Shown one piece after another: positions 9,208 through 18,842 of a stretch of 64,000 nt of DNA; the stretch's first letter is position 1; every line of letters begins with the position of its first letter. The position numbers and the translations under genes are program-made. Source of the stretch: Planctomycetota bacterium (GTDB taxonomy: Bacteria; Planctomycetota; B15-G4); the NCBI GenBank assembly GCA_965248575.1, contig CBDFJQ010000002.1, positions 3,456,001 through 3,520,000 on the forward strand. The letters are read 5' to 3'. The notes beneath the pieces were generated by a model. It saw only the letters and a program-made list of their open reading frames with translations. It searched no databases and had not been told where the DNA came from.

Positions 9208-10349
9208 GCGCGTGCCCCGGCGGCGATCTGCTTGAGGCCGTCAGCCAGGTGCGCGATCACGGCCTCGCGCTCGAAACGAGCGCCGTTGTCGGGCGGCAGG
9301 GCCCCACGCATCCGGCGCTCAAGATCCGCATCCTCGAAGAGAGCGCGCAACGCCCGGGTCAGGTCGGCGACCGAGCCGTCGAACAGCAGGCCGTTGTGTC
9401 CATCATCCACGAGGTCGGGGACGAGCCCCACGCCGGTGGAGATGACCGGGGTGCCGCAGGCCATGGCTTCGGGAACCACCCGGGGCCCCCCCTCGCTGAG
9501 GGAGGCGCAGACGAGCACCCGCGCGCGCCGATACACGTCCGCCAGGGCCTGTGCGTCAGGAACCCAATCGATGCGCTCCAGCTGCTCGGCCAAGCCCCGC
9601 TCCGCAGCAAAGGCGTCGATCCGTGCAGCCTCGGGACCACGCCCGAGCAGGCGCACCCTGAGCGAGAGGCCATGCTCTCGCTTCAGCTGGTCCACCGCTT
9701 CCAGCAGCACCAGGATGCCCTTATTCGGCACGAGGCGGCCGACCAGAAGCACATCGCAGTCAGGTTCGACGCTGGCCTCCGGGCGAAAGATGCCCTGGTC
9801 GAGGTACAGCGACGGAAGCACGTGGATGGAAGCCCGCGGGATGCCCCAGCTCTCCAGCAGCGCCGGCATCTCCAGGTCGTTCACCACGCGGAAACCAGCC
9901 GCCCGCTTCCTTGCCCAGCGGGCATAGAGCCTCGTCATGCGGCGGTCCAGCCATTCCCTACGATTGGCCGCGCGCGGAAAACCCGGCACATGATGCAGTT
10001 CTGCCACGTACGGAACCCCCGTGGCTCGCGAAATGCGCCACGACCCCAGACCGTTGTAGAACGGGTTGTAGTCGTGGCTCGTGATCACCGTGTAGGGGCG
10101 CTCGGCCGCCAGGCGCAAGCCTGTGCGTGTGATGTACCCCGCCTGCCGCAACTTGCCTGTCGTGGGGTGATGCAGATGCACGTTGCCGAACAGGCATTCG
10201 TGCTCCACCTTCTCCGGCCGCGTGCCGATCACGTCCACCCGCTCCCAGTGCTTCGAGAAGGTCTCGAGCATGTAGTAGAAGGGGCCGCGTTCGCCGGCTA
10301 CGACGGAACGGTCGGCACTGACCATGAGCACGTTGGGTCCGGCCTGCAT
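9204..10349 (-). CDS. Glycosyltransferase family 4
   Basis: GRLVPNKG and SEGGPRVVPEAMACGTPVI GT-B motifs; start set at the ATG just after the upstream stop. Confidence 0.85.
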   Translation of the reverse strand: MQAGPNVLMVSADRSVVAGERGPFYYMLETFSKHWERVDVIGTRPEKVEHECLFGNVHLHHPTTGKLRQAGYITRTGLRLAAERPYTVITSHDYNPFYNGLGSWRISRATGVPYVAELHHVPGFPRAANRREWLDRRMTRLYARWARKRAAGFRVVNDLEMPALLESWGIPRASIHVLPSLYLDQGIFRPEASVEPDCDVLLVGRLVPNKGILVLLEAVDQLKREHGLSLRVRLLGRGPEAARIDAFAAERGLAEQLERIDWVPDAQALADVYRRARVLVCASLSEGGPRVVPEAMACGTPVISTGVGLVPDLVDDGHNGLLFDGSVADLTRALRALFEDADLERRMRGALPPDNGARFEREAVIAHLADGLKQIAAGARA

Positions 10350-10353
10350 GAGC

Positions 10354-11847
10354 CTAGGGCTCGTAGGTGCCGAGGATGTCTCTTCCAGTCTCAAGGCCGA
10401 CGCGCAGCGAGCGCGCCATGTTGTTGTACCAGAACTGTCCGGAACGCCCGATGGACCTCAGGTTGTCGAACTTGTCGACTTCCGCGAACACCTTGTCGAG
10501 CTTCTCGCGGTAGTCGAGGGGGTACACCGGGTAGGAATCGGGCACGAACATGTACTCGATGTCCTCGATGTCCTCGGGCTCGCAGACGCCCAACTTGGAC
10601 AGCCCTGCCGCAATCTCGACGAGCAGCGCTTCGCGCTCCTTCTCGTCGCTGAAGTCGGGCCGCGTGATCTCCACGCAGAGGCTGTCCTTGCCCTCGGGGC
10701 ACAGGCCTCCCACCGATCGGTTCGGGTAGTAGATCCGGTTGAAGACGATCTCTTCGTCGGCGATGTAGGTGTAGAGGTCATCCCCCTGGGGCAGGGGTTT
10801 ACGGATCTTCATGAGCCCGAGCAGGATCGTCATGAACGGCAGCTCCTGCCGGTCGATGCCCGCCAGCGAACACATGCGATGGATGGAGCCGGTCCAGATC
10901 ACGGAGGCAGGGTTCTCGATGGAACCCCCTTCCCCGCTCGACCCGCCGGACCAGTTCACGCGTGAGACATGGTGGTCCGACACTTCGAAGGACACGTTGC
11001 TCGCCCGCAGCTCCAGACGGCCTCCGCGTTCCAGGTAGTCTTCCGAGAGTCGCTCACAGATCTGGCCGACGCCCCCCGGCGGGTAGAGCACCTTCTTGTA
11101 GTTCTTGGCAAAGGCCATGCGGGTCAGACCCTGCATGATCTTGAACACACGCAGCGCGCCCTTCGGCGGTGGGGGCTCGGTGTTGCCAGCAGCCTTGTCC
11201 GCCTCAGCCTTGGCCTTCACGGCCGGGTAGCGGGTCAGGAAGCGTTCGATGAGCTTCGGTTCCAACTGCAGGACCTTGTCGCGCTTCACGTCGGGCACGT
11301 TGTGGACCGTGCGCGCCGTCTGGTTCCACCAATCCCGGTGCAGCTGCGCCGAACCGCCGTGGACCGGCACCTTCTTCTCGATGTATGGGCCGAGGAAGAT
11401 GGACCACATCTTGCTGCCGAACATCCCCTGCATGTAGTCGCGGGCCACGTAGGTGTCGGGGATGTTCTGGCTGATGCAGTTCTTCAGGTAGCTCGCGATA
11501 CCCAGGATGGGCAGCTTGAAGGCAGCGGAAGCCGTGGGCGGCCATGGCACGTTGGCCTTGCCGATCTTCGCCCCGATCTTGAAGTCGATGGGGCGCCACT
11601 CATCGGGCCGCATGCAGCTCTTGATCAGCTCATTCACTTCATCCGAGACATCCAAGAAGAAGTAGTGGGGCCCCACGTCGAAGATGTGGCCGTCAAACTC
11701 GACCGTCCGCGCCAGGCCACCCACCTCGCCCTTGCGCTCCAGGATGACCACCTCTTCACCCGCCCGGCGAAGGGTCTGAGCAGCCCCCATGCCTGCCATC
11801 CCGGCGCCCACGACCACGTGCGGACCTGGCTTTGAGGTGTTCGACAC
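10354..11847 (-). CDS. FAD-dependent oxidoreductase (protoporphyrinogen oxidase/UDP-galactopyranose mutase-like superfamily)
   Basis: VVVGAGMAG Rossmann motif, VGGLART...FDVGPH, YPVY, IGRSGQFWYNNM; start uncertain (11847 GTG or 11934 ATG). Confidence 0.75.
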   Translation of the reverse strand: MSNTSKPGPHVVVGAGMAGMGAAQTLRRAGEEVVILERKGEVGGLARTVEFDGHIFDVGPHYFFLDVSDEVNELIKSCMRPDEWRPIDFKIGAKIGKANVPWPPTASAAFKLPILGIASYLKNCISQNIPDTYVARDYMQGMFGSKMWSIFLGPYIEKKVPVHGGSAQLHRDWWNQTARTVHNVPDVKRDKVLQLEPKLIERFLTRYPAVKAKAEADKAAGNTEPPPPKGALRVFKIMQGLTRMAFAKNYKKVLYPPGGVGQICERLSEDYLERGGRLELRASNVSFEVSDHHVSRVNWSGGSSGEGGSIENPASVIWTGSIHRMCSLAGIDRQELPFMTILLGLMKIRKPLPQGDDLYTYIADEEIVFNRIYYPNRSVGGLCPEGKDSLCVEITRPDFSDEKEREALLVEIAAGLSKLGVCEPEDIEDIEYMFVPDSYPVYPLDYREKLDKVFAEVDKFDNLRSIGRSGQFWYNNMARSLRVGLETGRDILGTYEP

Positions 11848-12191
11848 GAGGGAAGGCTCCGGGCGGAAAAAAGGCTGGGCATCATAGCCTTCCCCGGCGG
11901 AGGGAGGCTCGCTCTCTCCAGCGCCCTTCGACATTCAATCCACACTCTCTTGATGGTCTCAGAAGCCGAATCGGGGCTCCCGCAGCTCGCCGGTTCGATG
12001 CCCCGTTGCTGAAAATGCAGTTCCATGGCACCCAGATTGGACGCCCCTGGGAACAACGCATCCGTACAGACTCAGAAAATCCACCTGAATCCGGCCCTCC
12101 GACCCGTTAAGACTTGTGCATCTGTCGAGGCTCGATGGGACTCATGGCGGGTCCACGCGAGCCTTTTCTTGCGCGGTATGGGAGGCAAAGC

Positions 12192-12602
12192 ATGGAAATG
12201 CTCCACGCGAACAACATGTCCAGGAGCCTCAAGGCTCTTTGCGACGTGAATCGCATCCGGATCCTCGAGATCCTCGTCAAAGGCGAATTCTGCGTCTCTG
12301 ACCTCGTCGAACAGCTTGCGATCGACCAGCCCAAGGTCTCGCACCACCTGGCGATCCTGCGCAGTGCGGGCATCATCCGCAGCCGTAGGGATGGTCGTCA
12401 CATCAACTACTCGATCCGTCCCAACGTCTACAAGCGCGTCGAGAACCCTGAGGGAGCCACCGACGTCTTTGACCTCGGCGAACTCACGGTGACCTTCCGC
12501 TTCGGTGCCGTGGCCGCCATGAGCAATGGCGTCGAGGGCGTTGGTCTGACGTCGGCTTCTCCCCGGGAACCCGGTGAGAGCCTTGGCGCAGCCATGAGCT
12601 GA
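12192..12602 (+). CDS. ArsR/SmtB family transcriptional regulator
   Basis: GGAGG RBS; LKALCDVNRIRIL...CVSDL...QPKVSHHLAILRSAGII..RRDG...YS. Confidence 0.9.
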   Translation: MEMLHANNMSRSLKALCDVNRIRILEILVKGEFCVSDLVEQLAIDQPKVSHHLAILRSAGIIRSRRDGRHINYSIRPNVYKRVENPEGATDVFDLGELTVTFRFGAVAAMSNGVEGVGLTSASPREPGESLGAAMS

Positions 12603-12742
12603 TCTGCCGGGGCTCGGCTCCGGCATTGCCGATGACCGAGCCCATCCGGGATCGACCTTCGCGGCAGGAGTTCCTACGGATCTCCTGCCGCGTGTCGTTC
12701 GGGGCAACCGCGCGCTGAGCGACTCCGCTCGCGGCCGCGAGC
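12601..12742. other. Intergenic region made of four consecutive hairpins (bidirectional terminator cluster or structured RNA)
   Basis: Stems GGGCTCGG/CCGAGCCC (extends 12601-12653), CGCGGCAGGAG/CTCCTGCCGCG (12660-12692), GTCGTTCGG/CTGAGCGAC (12694-12723, with G-U pairs) and palindrome GCTCGCGGCCGCGAGC (12727-12742). Confidence 0.55.
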
Positions 12743-12752
12743 TGCTCGTGGC

Positions 12753-13016
12753 CTAGCCGAGCATCTTGCGATCGGCCTGGCCGGTCTCGAGCTCCGCCTG
12801 CTTGCTGTTCTTCCGGAGCTCGTACTCGAAACGGGCGTTGGCAGGTGCGTAGCGCAGCTTGCCTTCCTTGCACTCGGGGCAAACCCAATCCAGCAACGCG
12901 GACATGTCGGCGTTGTAGTGGGTCAGCATGTTGTTGTTCCGGTTGACCCAGCACTCGAAGAGACACTTCGAGTTGTCGCACTCAAACTTCAGCAAGCTCA
13001 GCATGGTGCTCTTCAT
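12753..13016 (-). CDS. Small Cys-rich putative Zn-ribbon protein (87 aa)
   Basis: GGAG RBS before ATG; CDNSKC...C and CPEC motifs; protein-like composition; own sigma70-like promoter. Confidence 0.7.
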   Translation of the reverse strand: MKSTMLSLLKFECDNSKCLFECWVNRNNNMLTHYNADMSALLDWVCPECKEGKLRYAPANARFEYELRKNSKQAELETGQADRKMLG

Positions 13017-13101
13017 GATCTGGTCTCCCACAAGCCTGCGGGCTGTGGATCTCTCGCAGGGTGCATGTGCCAAGGAACGTCAGACTTCGAGGCCGCGCAG
13101 A

Positions 13102-13129
13102 ATTCTAAGGCGAGATAGGCCAGAGGCAA
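13102..13129 (-). promoter_or_regulatory. Putative sigma70 promoter of the Zn-ribbon gene
   Basis: Minus strand reads TTGCCT-N16-TAGAAT. Confidence 0.5.
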
Positions 13130-13260
13130 GGGGGCAATGACACCCGAACTGATCGGGTCCGTCCCACCCATGGAGATTCCGCGTCTCTGTGGACCAATTC
13201 GAGGGAACTCTTGAGTCATGGGCGAATCTGACACGGGTCCAAAAGAAGCCGAATTCGTGC

Positions 13261-14757
13261 TCAGGACCGAGCTGCAGGGGTCGTGCCAGTGGGCACGGCA
13301 GGTCCGGCCGCTACGAGGCGTTCGTTCTCGATGCGGTCCAAGCGTGACTCATCCACGTCACCCGTCGGGTAGTGCCCCGAGAAGCATGCGCTGCAAGTCT
13401 GCTTGATGTGCTCGTTGCCCTCCATCACGGCGTTCTCCAGGTTGGAGAGCGTCTGGTAGACGACGCCGTCCGCGCCGATGTATTCAGCAACTTGTTCCGG
13501 AGTCCGGTCCCGGGCCACGAACTCATTCTTCGTGGACATGTCGATGCCGTAGATGCACGGGTAACGCAGGGGCGGCGACACCGAAGCGAAGTACACCTTC
13601 TTGGCCCCCGCCTTGCGGGCGAGATCGACGATCTGTTTCGAGGTGTTTCCGCGCACGATGGAGTCGTCCACCAACAGCACGTTCTTGCCCTCGAACTCGA
13701 GCTGGATCGGATTCAGCTTCTCGCGGATCGACTTCTGGCGGAGCTTGTTGCTCGCCATGATGAATGTCCGGCCGATGTACCGGTTCTTCACCAACCCCTC
13801 GCGGTACTTCATCTTGAGCGAGCGCGCCATGGCCATGGCAGAGGTGACTGCCGACTCGGGCACGGGGATGATCACATCGACATCCCAGCCCGTCGCTTTC
13901 CAGACCGGTGCCATCTGCTCGCCCAGCCGGATGCGCGTCTTGTAGACACTGACCCGGTCGAGGAAGGAGTCCGGCCGGGCAAAATAGACCCACTCGAAAA
14001 GGCATGGGGAGTGGGGCTTGTCGGCCAGCTGCCGGCGGTGCGCGGTGCCCGCCTTGTCGATGAACAGCGCTTCGCCTGCTGCCAGGTCGAAGGTCTGGTG
14101 GAAGTCGAGCACATCCATCAGCACGCTTTCGGACGCGATGCACCAGGAGGTGCGCCCATTTTCGTTGGTCCTGCTCCCGACGATGATCGGCTTGATGCCA
14201 TAGGGATCGCGGAAGGCGTACATGCCCTCATCAGCGATCATGCCCACCACTGAGTAGGCGCCCTTCACGCGGTCGTAGACGCTCTTGATGGCCTCGAAGA
14301 CTTGGTCGGGCTCCAGTTCATCGATGCGCTGTTTCGCCAGGCCGTCCCCGAAGACGTTGAGAATGCCCTCCAGATCACACGATGAGTTCACATGCCAGTG
14401 TGACTCGCGCGACATGCTGGTGGTGATCTCGTCGAAATTGGTGACGTTGCCGTTGTGCACCATCCCCAAGCCGAAGGGGTAGGAAAGCATGAAAGGCTGG
14501 GCGTCTTCGGCGCCGCCAAGGCCCACCGTGGGGTAGCGCACGTGGGCGATCCCGACCGAGCCCGTGAGATCCTTCAGGGCAGCCGGGGTGAAGACGTCGC
14601 GGACCAGGCCGCGAGCCTTGTGCATATGGAAGTGGCCATCGAAAGTCAGCGCGCCTGCGGCATCCTGCCCTCTGTGCTGGATCGCCAAAAGACCCGTTGC
14701 GAGATCTGCCGCAACGTCGCTGCCCTCGGGGCCGAGGATGCCAATGAATCCGCACAT
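13261..14757 (-). CDS. purF: Amidophosphoribosyltransferase
   Basis: N-terminal MCG, QHRGQDAAG, HVRYPT, HNGN, CLFEWVYFARPDS, VDDSIVRGNT. Confidence 0.97.
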   Translation of the reverse strand: MCGFIGILGPEGSDVAADLATGLLAIQHRGQDAAGALTFDGHFHMHKARGLVRDVFTPAALKDLTGSVGIAHVRYPTVGLGGAEDAQPFMLSYPFGLGMVHNGNVTNFDEITTSMSRESHWHVNSSCDLEGILNVFGDGLAKQRIDELEPDQVFEAIKSVYDRVKGAYSVVGMIADEGMYAFRDPYGIKPIIVGSRTNENGRTSWCIASESVLMDVLDFHQTFDLAAGEALFIDKAGTAHRRQLADKPHSPCLFEWVYFARPDSFLDRVSVYKTRIRLGEQMAPVWKATGWDVDVIIPVPESAVTSAMAMARSLKMKYREGLVKNRYIGRTFIMASNKLRQKSIREKLNPIQLEFEGKNVLLVDDSIVRGNTSKQIVDLARKAGAKKVYFASVSPPLRYPCIYGIDMSTKNEFVARDRTPEQVAEYIGADGVVYQTLSNLENAVMEGNEHIKQTCSACFSGHYPTGDVDESRLDRIENERLVAAGPAVPTGTTPAARS

Positions 14758-14896
14758 ACTCTTGGTGTCACTCCTCGGAAGGGACGTTGGATTCTAGCCA
14801 TCCGGACCAGGGACCGCTACGGACACGGAGCAGTCATGGCCGCCCGCCTGACACTCCGATACGCTCGCAAACCCATCCCCCGTGCAGGCGTCCCCC

Positions 14897-15739
14897 ATGC
14901 TCCCCACTCTCAGCCTTTTCTTGTTGAGTCTCTTTTCCCTCGCCCAGGAGGCTCCAGGAGGCGAGCAAGCGGACACTGCCACTGCGCCCGAGCTGACGCC
15001 CCCCGCGGAGTCCGCTGCCCGGGAGGTGCTCAGCAACGCTCAAACGCACCTCTATGACGTGGTGGGAGCCGGACTGGAGAGCCTCTCGTATGAGGTCCCG
15101 ATCCGGATGGCCGACCCCGAAGGCGAGACGACCCCGTTGGGTACGGTCACCGTCCGCTGGACGCCGCCGCTGAGGCCGGAGATCAGCGTACTCACGTCGG
15201 ACTCCCTGCCCGCTGCCCTGGAGCAGCAATCCGTTGCGATTGCCTTCCAGCTCGAGGCCCAGGGTCGACAGACCTTGCGCTTCATCGACAACCAGATCTT
15301 CACCGGACTCCTGGAGGCCTACACACCCACCCTGCAGGACACCTCGGACACGGGATTGAGCCAGGTGCACTTTGATCCCAAGGAAGCCGGCGAAGGCAGG
15401 CCTGAGCTGGATTGGTTCTTCGACCCCGATGGCGTTCCGTTGCGCTTCAGCATGGCGTTTGTCCAGGGGGGCATGACCGTCAACCTCAGCTATGAGCACG
15501 AGTGGGAGGCCGCCTCGGAGACGGATGCCTCGCTGGTGCTGAAGCGGCTCACTGTCGTCCAGGAGTCGGGACCCATGCGTTCCACCGTCACCACCACGCT
15601 CCAGCACGAACAGCTCGACGGGCTGACCATGCTGACCGGCTTCGTGGAAACCACGTCCTCACCCTCAGGGCAGCCAGCTGCCAACGCTGTCCAGCTCGGA
15701 GAGCTGGACGTCAGAGCGCGAGAGACCGGCGACGGCTAG
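14897..15739 (+). CDS. Exported hypothetical protein, beta-rich
   Basis: Signal peptide MLPTLSLFLLSLFSLAQE; acidic; fills the gap between purF and the aminotransferase. Confidence 0.65.
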   Translation: MLPTLSLFLLSLFSLAQEAPGGEQADTATAPELTPPAESAAREVLSNAQTHLYDVVGAGLESLSYEVPIRMADPEGETTPLGTVTVRWTPPLRPEISVLTSDSLPAALEQQSVAIAFQLEAQGRQTLRFIDNQIFTGLLEAYTPTLQDTSDTGLSQVHFDPKEAGEGRPELDWFFDPDGVPLRFSMAFVQGGMTVNLSYEHEWEAASETDASLVLKRLTVVQESGPMRSTVTTTLQHEQLDGLTMLTGFVETTSSPSGQPAANAVQLGELDVRARETGDG

Positions 15740-17364
15740 TCGGGGTGGTTCGCCTCAACGGCGTCGAACACGCGATCCAGGGCTTCCACCATGGCGTCGA
15801 TCTCGCGTGTGAGCACGTCCGCCAGGAGCAGGATTCGAAGCCGCGACAGCTCGCCCGAGCCTCCGCAGCCCAGCAGCTTGACCCCCATGCGCCAACCTGT
15901 CGCGATGATCTCCTCGCGGAAGCGCACGCTGAGACCCCACATGCCTCCGAGCCCGGAGAACTCAGGGAAGATGTCCTGATGCCGGGCTGAGAGTTCTGCC
16001 AGCTTCATCCGCAGATACTCCCCCTTGATGCGGGAGTTCTCGAGATAGCAGCGGCCCTCGAAGACCGCGTCGGCGGATCGCGTGAGCTGGTCGACGGTGT
16101 TGTACGCCATGTTGACGTCAAAGAGCTTGCCACTGCCGAAGGTGTTGCTGTGCCAACCGACGTGGCAATCGGCCTCGAGCTCCGCGCGAACCACCGTGAT
16201 GCCCAGGACGGCCGACTTGGCTATCCAGGTGATGTCCGGTTCCAGGCCCGTGTGCTGGGTCGCATACAGCCGCCCTGTGCGACCAAAGGACTGAACTTCA
16301 TCCGACCCGAAAAGCATGCCGTGCGAACGGGCGCACTCCACCACCTGGGCCAACCAGCCCTTGTCGGCGATGACATAGCCGCCTTCGCCCTGGTAGACCT
16401 CCGTCAGGAAGCAGGCGGCCAGGTCGACGGGGACCTTCCCCGCAGCGACCACGCCAGCCACGCCCCCGGGCGCATCGAGGATCTCGGTGATCGAGCGCGT
16501 GTCCAGCTGATCAGCGAAGTCCGAGAGCTGCCCATTGAAGGGAATGTTGCGGATCCAGCGAGACTTCCAGTAGCCCAGGTGCTGCGCCTTCTTGGAGCGC
16601 GTCATGTTCAGCACTCCGAGCGTTCGGCCGTGGAAGGCCCGGTCACACGCGAACACGAAGAAGGGATAGTCACGATAGACCGCGTCCGGCATGGACTGGT
16701 CCGCGTCGTAGAAGCTGTCGCGGCCGATACCCAGATCCTGCATCACCCGATCCAGGACTTCGGCTCCGTACTTCGACACGAACTGGCGATATCGGTGCAG
16801 CGTGGCCAGCTTCAGGGCGGCCTCGCCGGCCTCCGCGCCGCTGTTCGAGAAGAAGCACTTGAAGCCACCCTGTCCGGGATAGGCCTCCTCGGTCAGCCGA
16901 TTGATGAGCCCGGCGAGCTCCTGGGGCGTGTGCACCCCCTCGATCGGCTTGCTGAAGAACACGAAGTCGTCGGTGTTGATCTCCCGCCGAAACGTCAGCC
17001 CGTGTGCGACGAGCGCCTCGATGCTGCGCAAGAACTCCGGGTTGTGCTCGCAGATGAGCTTCTGCGCCACACCTTGATAGAGGTCCAGATACACACCGGA
17101 AGGGGAGTCCACGAACATGCCCGCGACGGGGTAGCTCAGGTCCAGGACCGGGCTCTCGTCGTGGGAGAGGGTGCTGGGCAGGATGCTCGCTTCGTGCGCC
17201 TGCTTGACCTCCTCGTAGTCCGGATGCTGCGTGCCCGTGGGAGACAGGCTCGCCGTCCCCCGGTTCAGGGACCGGCCGCAGACAGTCTGGTCGGGAAAGG
17301 CGAGTCTCTCGTTCTCCGCGAGCAGGTCGTACCCATCGATGACGATGCTTTCGGCCGCATTCAC
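15736..17364 (-). CDS. Class III PLP-dependent aminotransferase
   Basis: SNSGAEAGEAALK, FHGRT, EVYQGEGG, DEVQSFGRTG, PLP lysine in DITWIAKS; GTGA overlap with pyrI. Confidence 0.85.
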   Translation of the reverse strand: MNAAESIVIDGYDLLAENERLAFPDQTVCGRSLNRGTASLSPTGTQHPDYEEVKQAHEASILPSTLSHDESPVLDLSYPVAGMFVDSPSGVYLDLYQGVAQKLICEHNPEFLRSIEALVAHGLTFRREINTDDFVFFSKPIEGVHTPQELAGLINRLTEEAYPGQGGFKCFFSNSGAEAGEAALKLATLHRYRQFVSKYGAEVLDRVMQDLGIGRDSFYDADQSMPDAVYRDYPFFVFACDRAFHGRTLGVLNMTRSKKAQHLGYWKSRWIRNIPFNGQLSDFADQLDTRSITEILDAPGGVAGVVAAGKVPVDLAACFLTEVYQGEGGYVIADKGWLAQVVECARSHGMLFGSDEVQSFGRTGRLYATQHTGLEPDITWIAKSAVLGITVVRAELEADCHVGWHSNTFGSGKLFDVNMAYNTVDQLTRSADAVFEGRCYLENSRIKGEYLRMKLAELSARHQDIFPEFSGLGGMWGLSVRFREEIIATGWRMGVKLLGCGGSGELSRLRILLLADVLTREIDAMVEALDRVFDAVEANHPD

Positions 17365-17828
17365 AGGAGTTCGATCTCTTCCTTCCTCTGTGAGCGTTCA
17401 CAGTAGTGACAACGAATGTGAAGCGGGTCCATCCTGACGACCACGAACTTGGTCTTGACGCGATCTTCTTGCGAGATGCAGGAAGGGTTCCTGCAGAAGA
17501 TCAACTCTTCGATGATCTTCGGCGGCGTTGGTGAGAACTTCTCGACCACCTTGAAGTTACGAATGATGGAGAAGGACGCCCGCGGAGAGACCAGCGCGAT
17601 CTTCGCGACCTCCTTCGGCGTGACCTCCCGACGCTCGATCTTGATGATGTCCTTCTGACCCATCTTCGAACTCTCGAGGTTCATGCCGATGGTGACGGCG
17701 CCCTCGAAGTCGATGCCGAGAATGTCCAGGACCTTCAGCGCCGTGCCCGCCACGAGATGGTCGATCACGGTCCCTTCAGACAGCGCTGACACCCGGATCA
17801 GCGGCTTTGCAGCTTGCCCGTCGCTCAT
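17361..17828 (-). CDS. pyrI: Aspartate carbamoyltransferase regulatory chain
   Basis: GTVIDH, KDIIKIE, CRNPSCIS and CHYCE zinc motifs. Confidence 0.95.
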   Translation of the reverse strand: MSDGQAAKPLIRVSALSEGTVIDHLVAGTALKVLDILGIDFEGAVTIGMNLESSKMGQKDIIKIERREVTPKEVAKIALVSPRASFSIIRNFKVVEKFSPTPPKIIEELIFCRNPSCISQEDRVKTKFVVVRMDPLHIRCHYCERSQRKEEIELL

Positions 17829-18769
17829 CGCGAAATCCCCAGAAGCAGCGACAAGATCGCCTTTCGGACGGTGACGCCGTTCTTCGCCTGGCTGAAGTAG
17901 GCCGAGCCGGGGTAGTCGTCGAGGTCCGTGCTGATCTCATTGAGCCGCGGAAGCGGGTGCATCAAAGTGACATTGGCACCGATGCGCTCAATCGCTTCCC
18001 GATTGATGTGGTAGGCATTTTTAACTTTTTCGTACTCGATCGGATCGGGGAAACGCTCTTGTTGGATCCGGGTCGTGTAGATGATGTCGACATCGGAGGC
18101 GATGGAGAAGAAGTCCTCATCCTCGGTGTAGACGGTTCCGCGCGCGTCCAGTTCTTCAATGAAGTCCGGGGGCGTCCGCAACGACTGCGGCGAAACCAGG
18201 AAGATCTCGTTGTCGAAATGAGTCAGCGTCTCGATCAGGGAGTGCACGGTTCGGCTGTACTTGAGATCCCCAATGAAAGCGATCTTCAGGTTGTCGAGAC
18301 GACCCCGCTCCTGGCGGATGGTGTAGAGGTCGAGCAAGGTCTGGCTCGGATGCTGATTGGTGCCGTCTCCCGCATTGATGACCGGCAGCCGGGTGCTCTC
18401 AGACGCCAGGCGTGCGGCACCCTCCCGGGGGTGACGGATCAGGATCACGTCACAGTAGTTCTCCACCACCTTGATGGTGTCGGCCAGGGACTCACCCTTG
18501 GCAACGGATGAGAGGCGTCCATCTGCGAACCCCAGTGTCCCGCCACCGAGGCGCTGCATCGCCGCGGCGAACGACAGTTGCGTGCGGGTCGAGGGCTCGA
18601 AGAACAGGCTTGCGAGCACCTTGCCCTTGAGGATCGGCTCGTTGAAGCCTTCGTAGCGCACGGCTTCGTCAAGAAAGGCGAGCAGCTCATCGCGCTTGTA
18701 GTCGCGCATCGACACGAGGTCGCGACCAGCGAACGAGAGCGTGCCGGGGGCAGGGGCCGTCACGAGCAA
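17825..18769 (-). CDS. pyrB: Aspartate carbamoyltransferase catalytic chain
   Basis: FFEPSTRT, KGESLADT, NAGDG..QHPSQTLLD, GDLKYSRTVHSL, MHPLPR. Confidence 0.97.
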   Translation of the reverse strand: MLVTAPAPGTLSFAGRDLVSMRDYKRDELLAFLDEAVRYEGFNEPILKGKVLASLFFEPSTRTQLSFAAAMQRLGGGTLGFADGRLSSVAKGESLADTIKVVENYCDVILIRHPREGAARLASESTRLPVINAGDGTNQHPSQTLLDLYTIRQERGRLDNLKIAFIGDLKYSRTVHSLIETLTHFDNEIFLVSPQSLRTPPDFIEELDARGTVYTEDEDFFSIASDVDIIYTTRIQQERFPDPIEYEKVKNAYHINREAIERIGANVTLMHPLPRLNEISTDLDDYPGSAYFSQAKNGVTVRKAILSLLLGISR

Positions 18770-18842
18770 GTCTCCAAGATAGACCTGACGCCAAGCCGAC
18801 CATCGAACCAGGGGTCGAGCTGCGCGCCAGCCAGGAAGTGTA

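Noticed and set aside
11970..12010. tRNA-like GGTTCGATGCCC segment
   Set aside because: No flanking T-stem, D-arm, anticodon arm or acceptor stem could be built.
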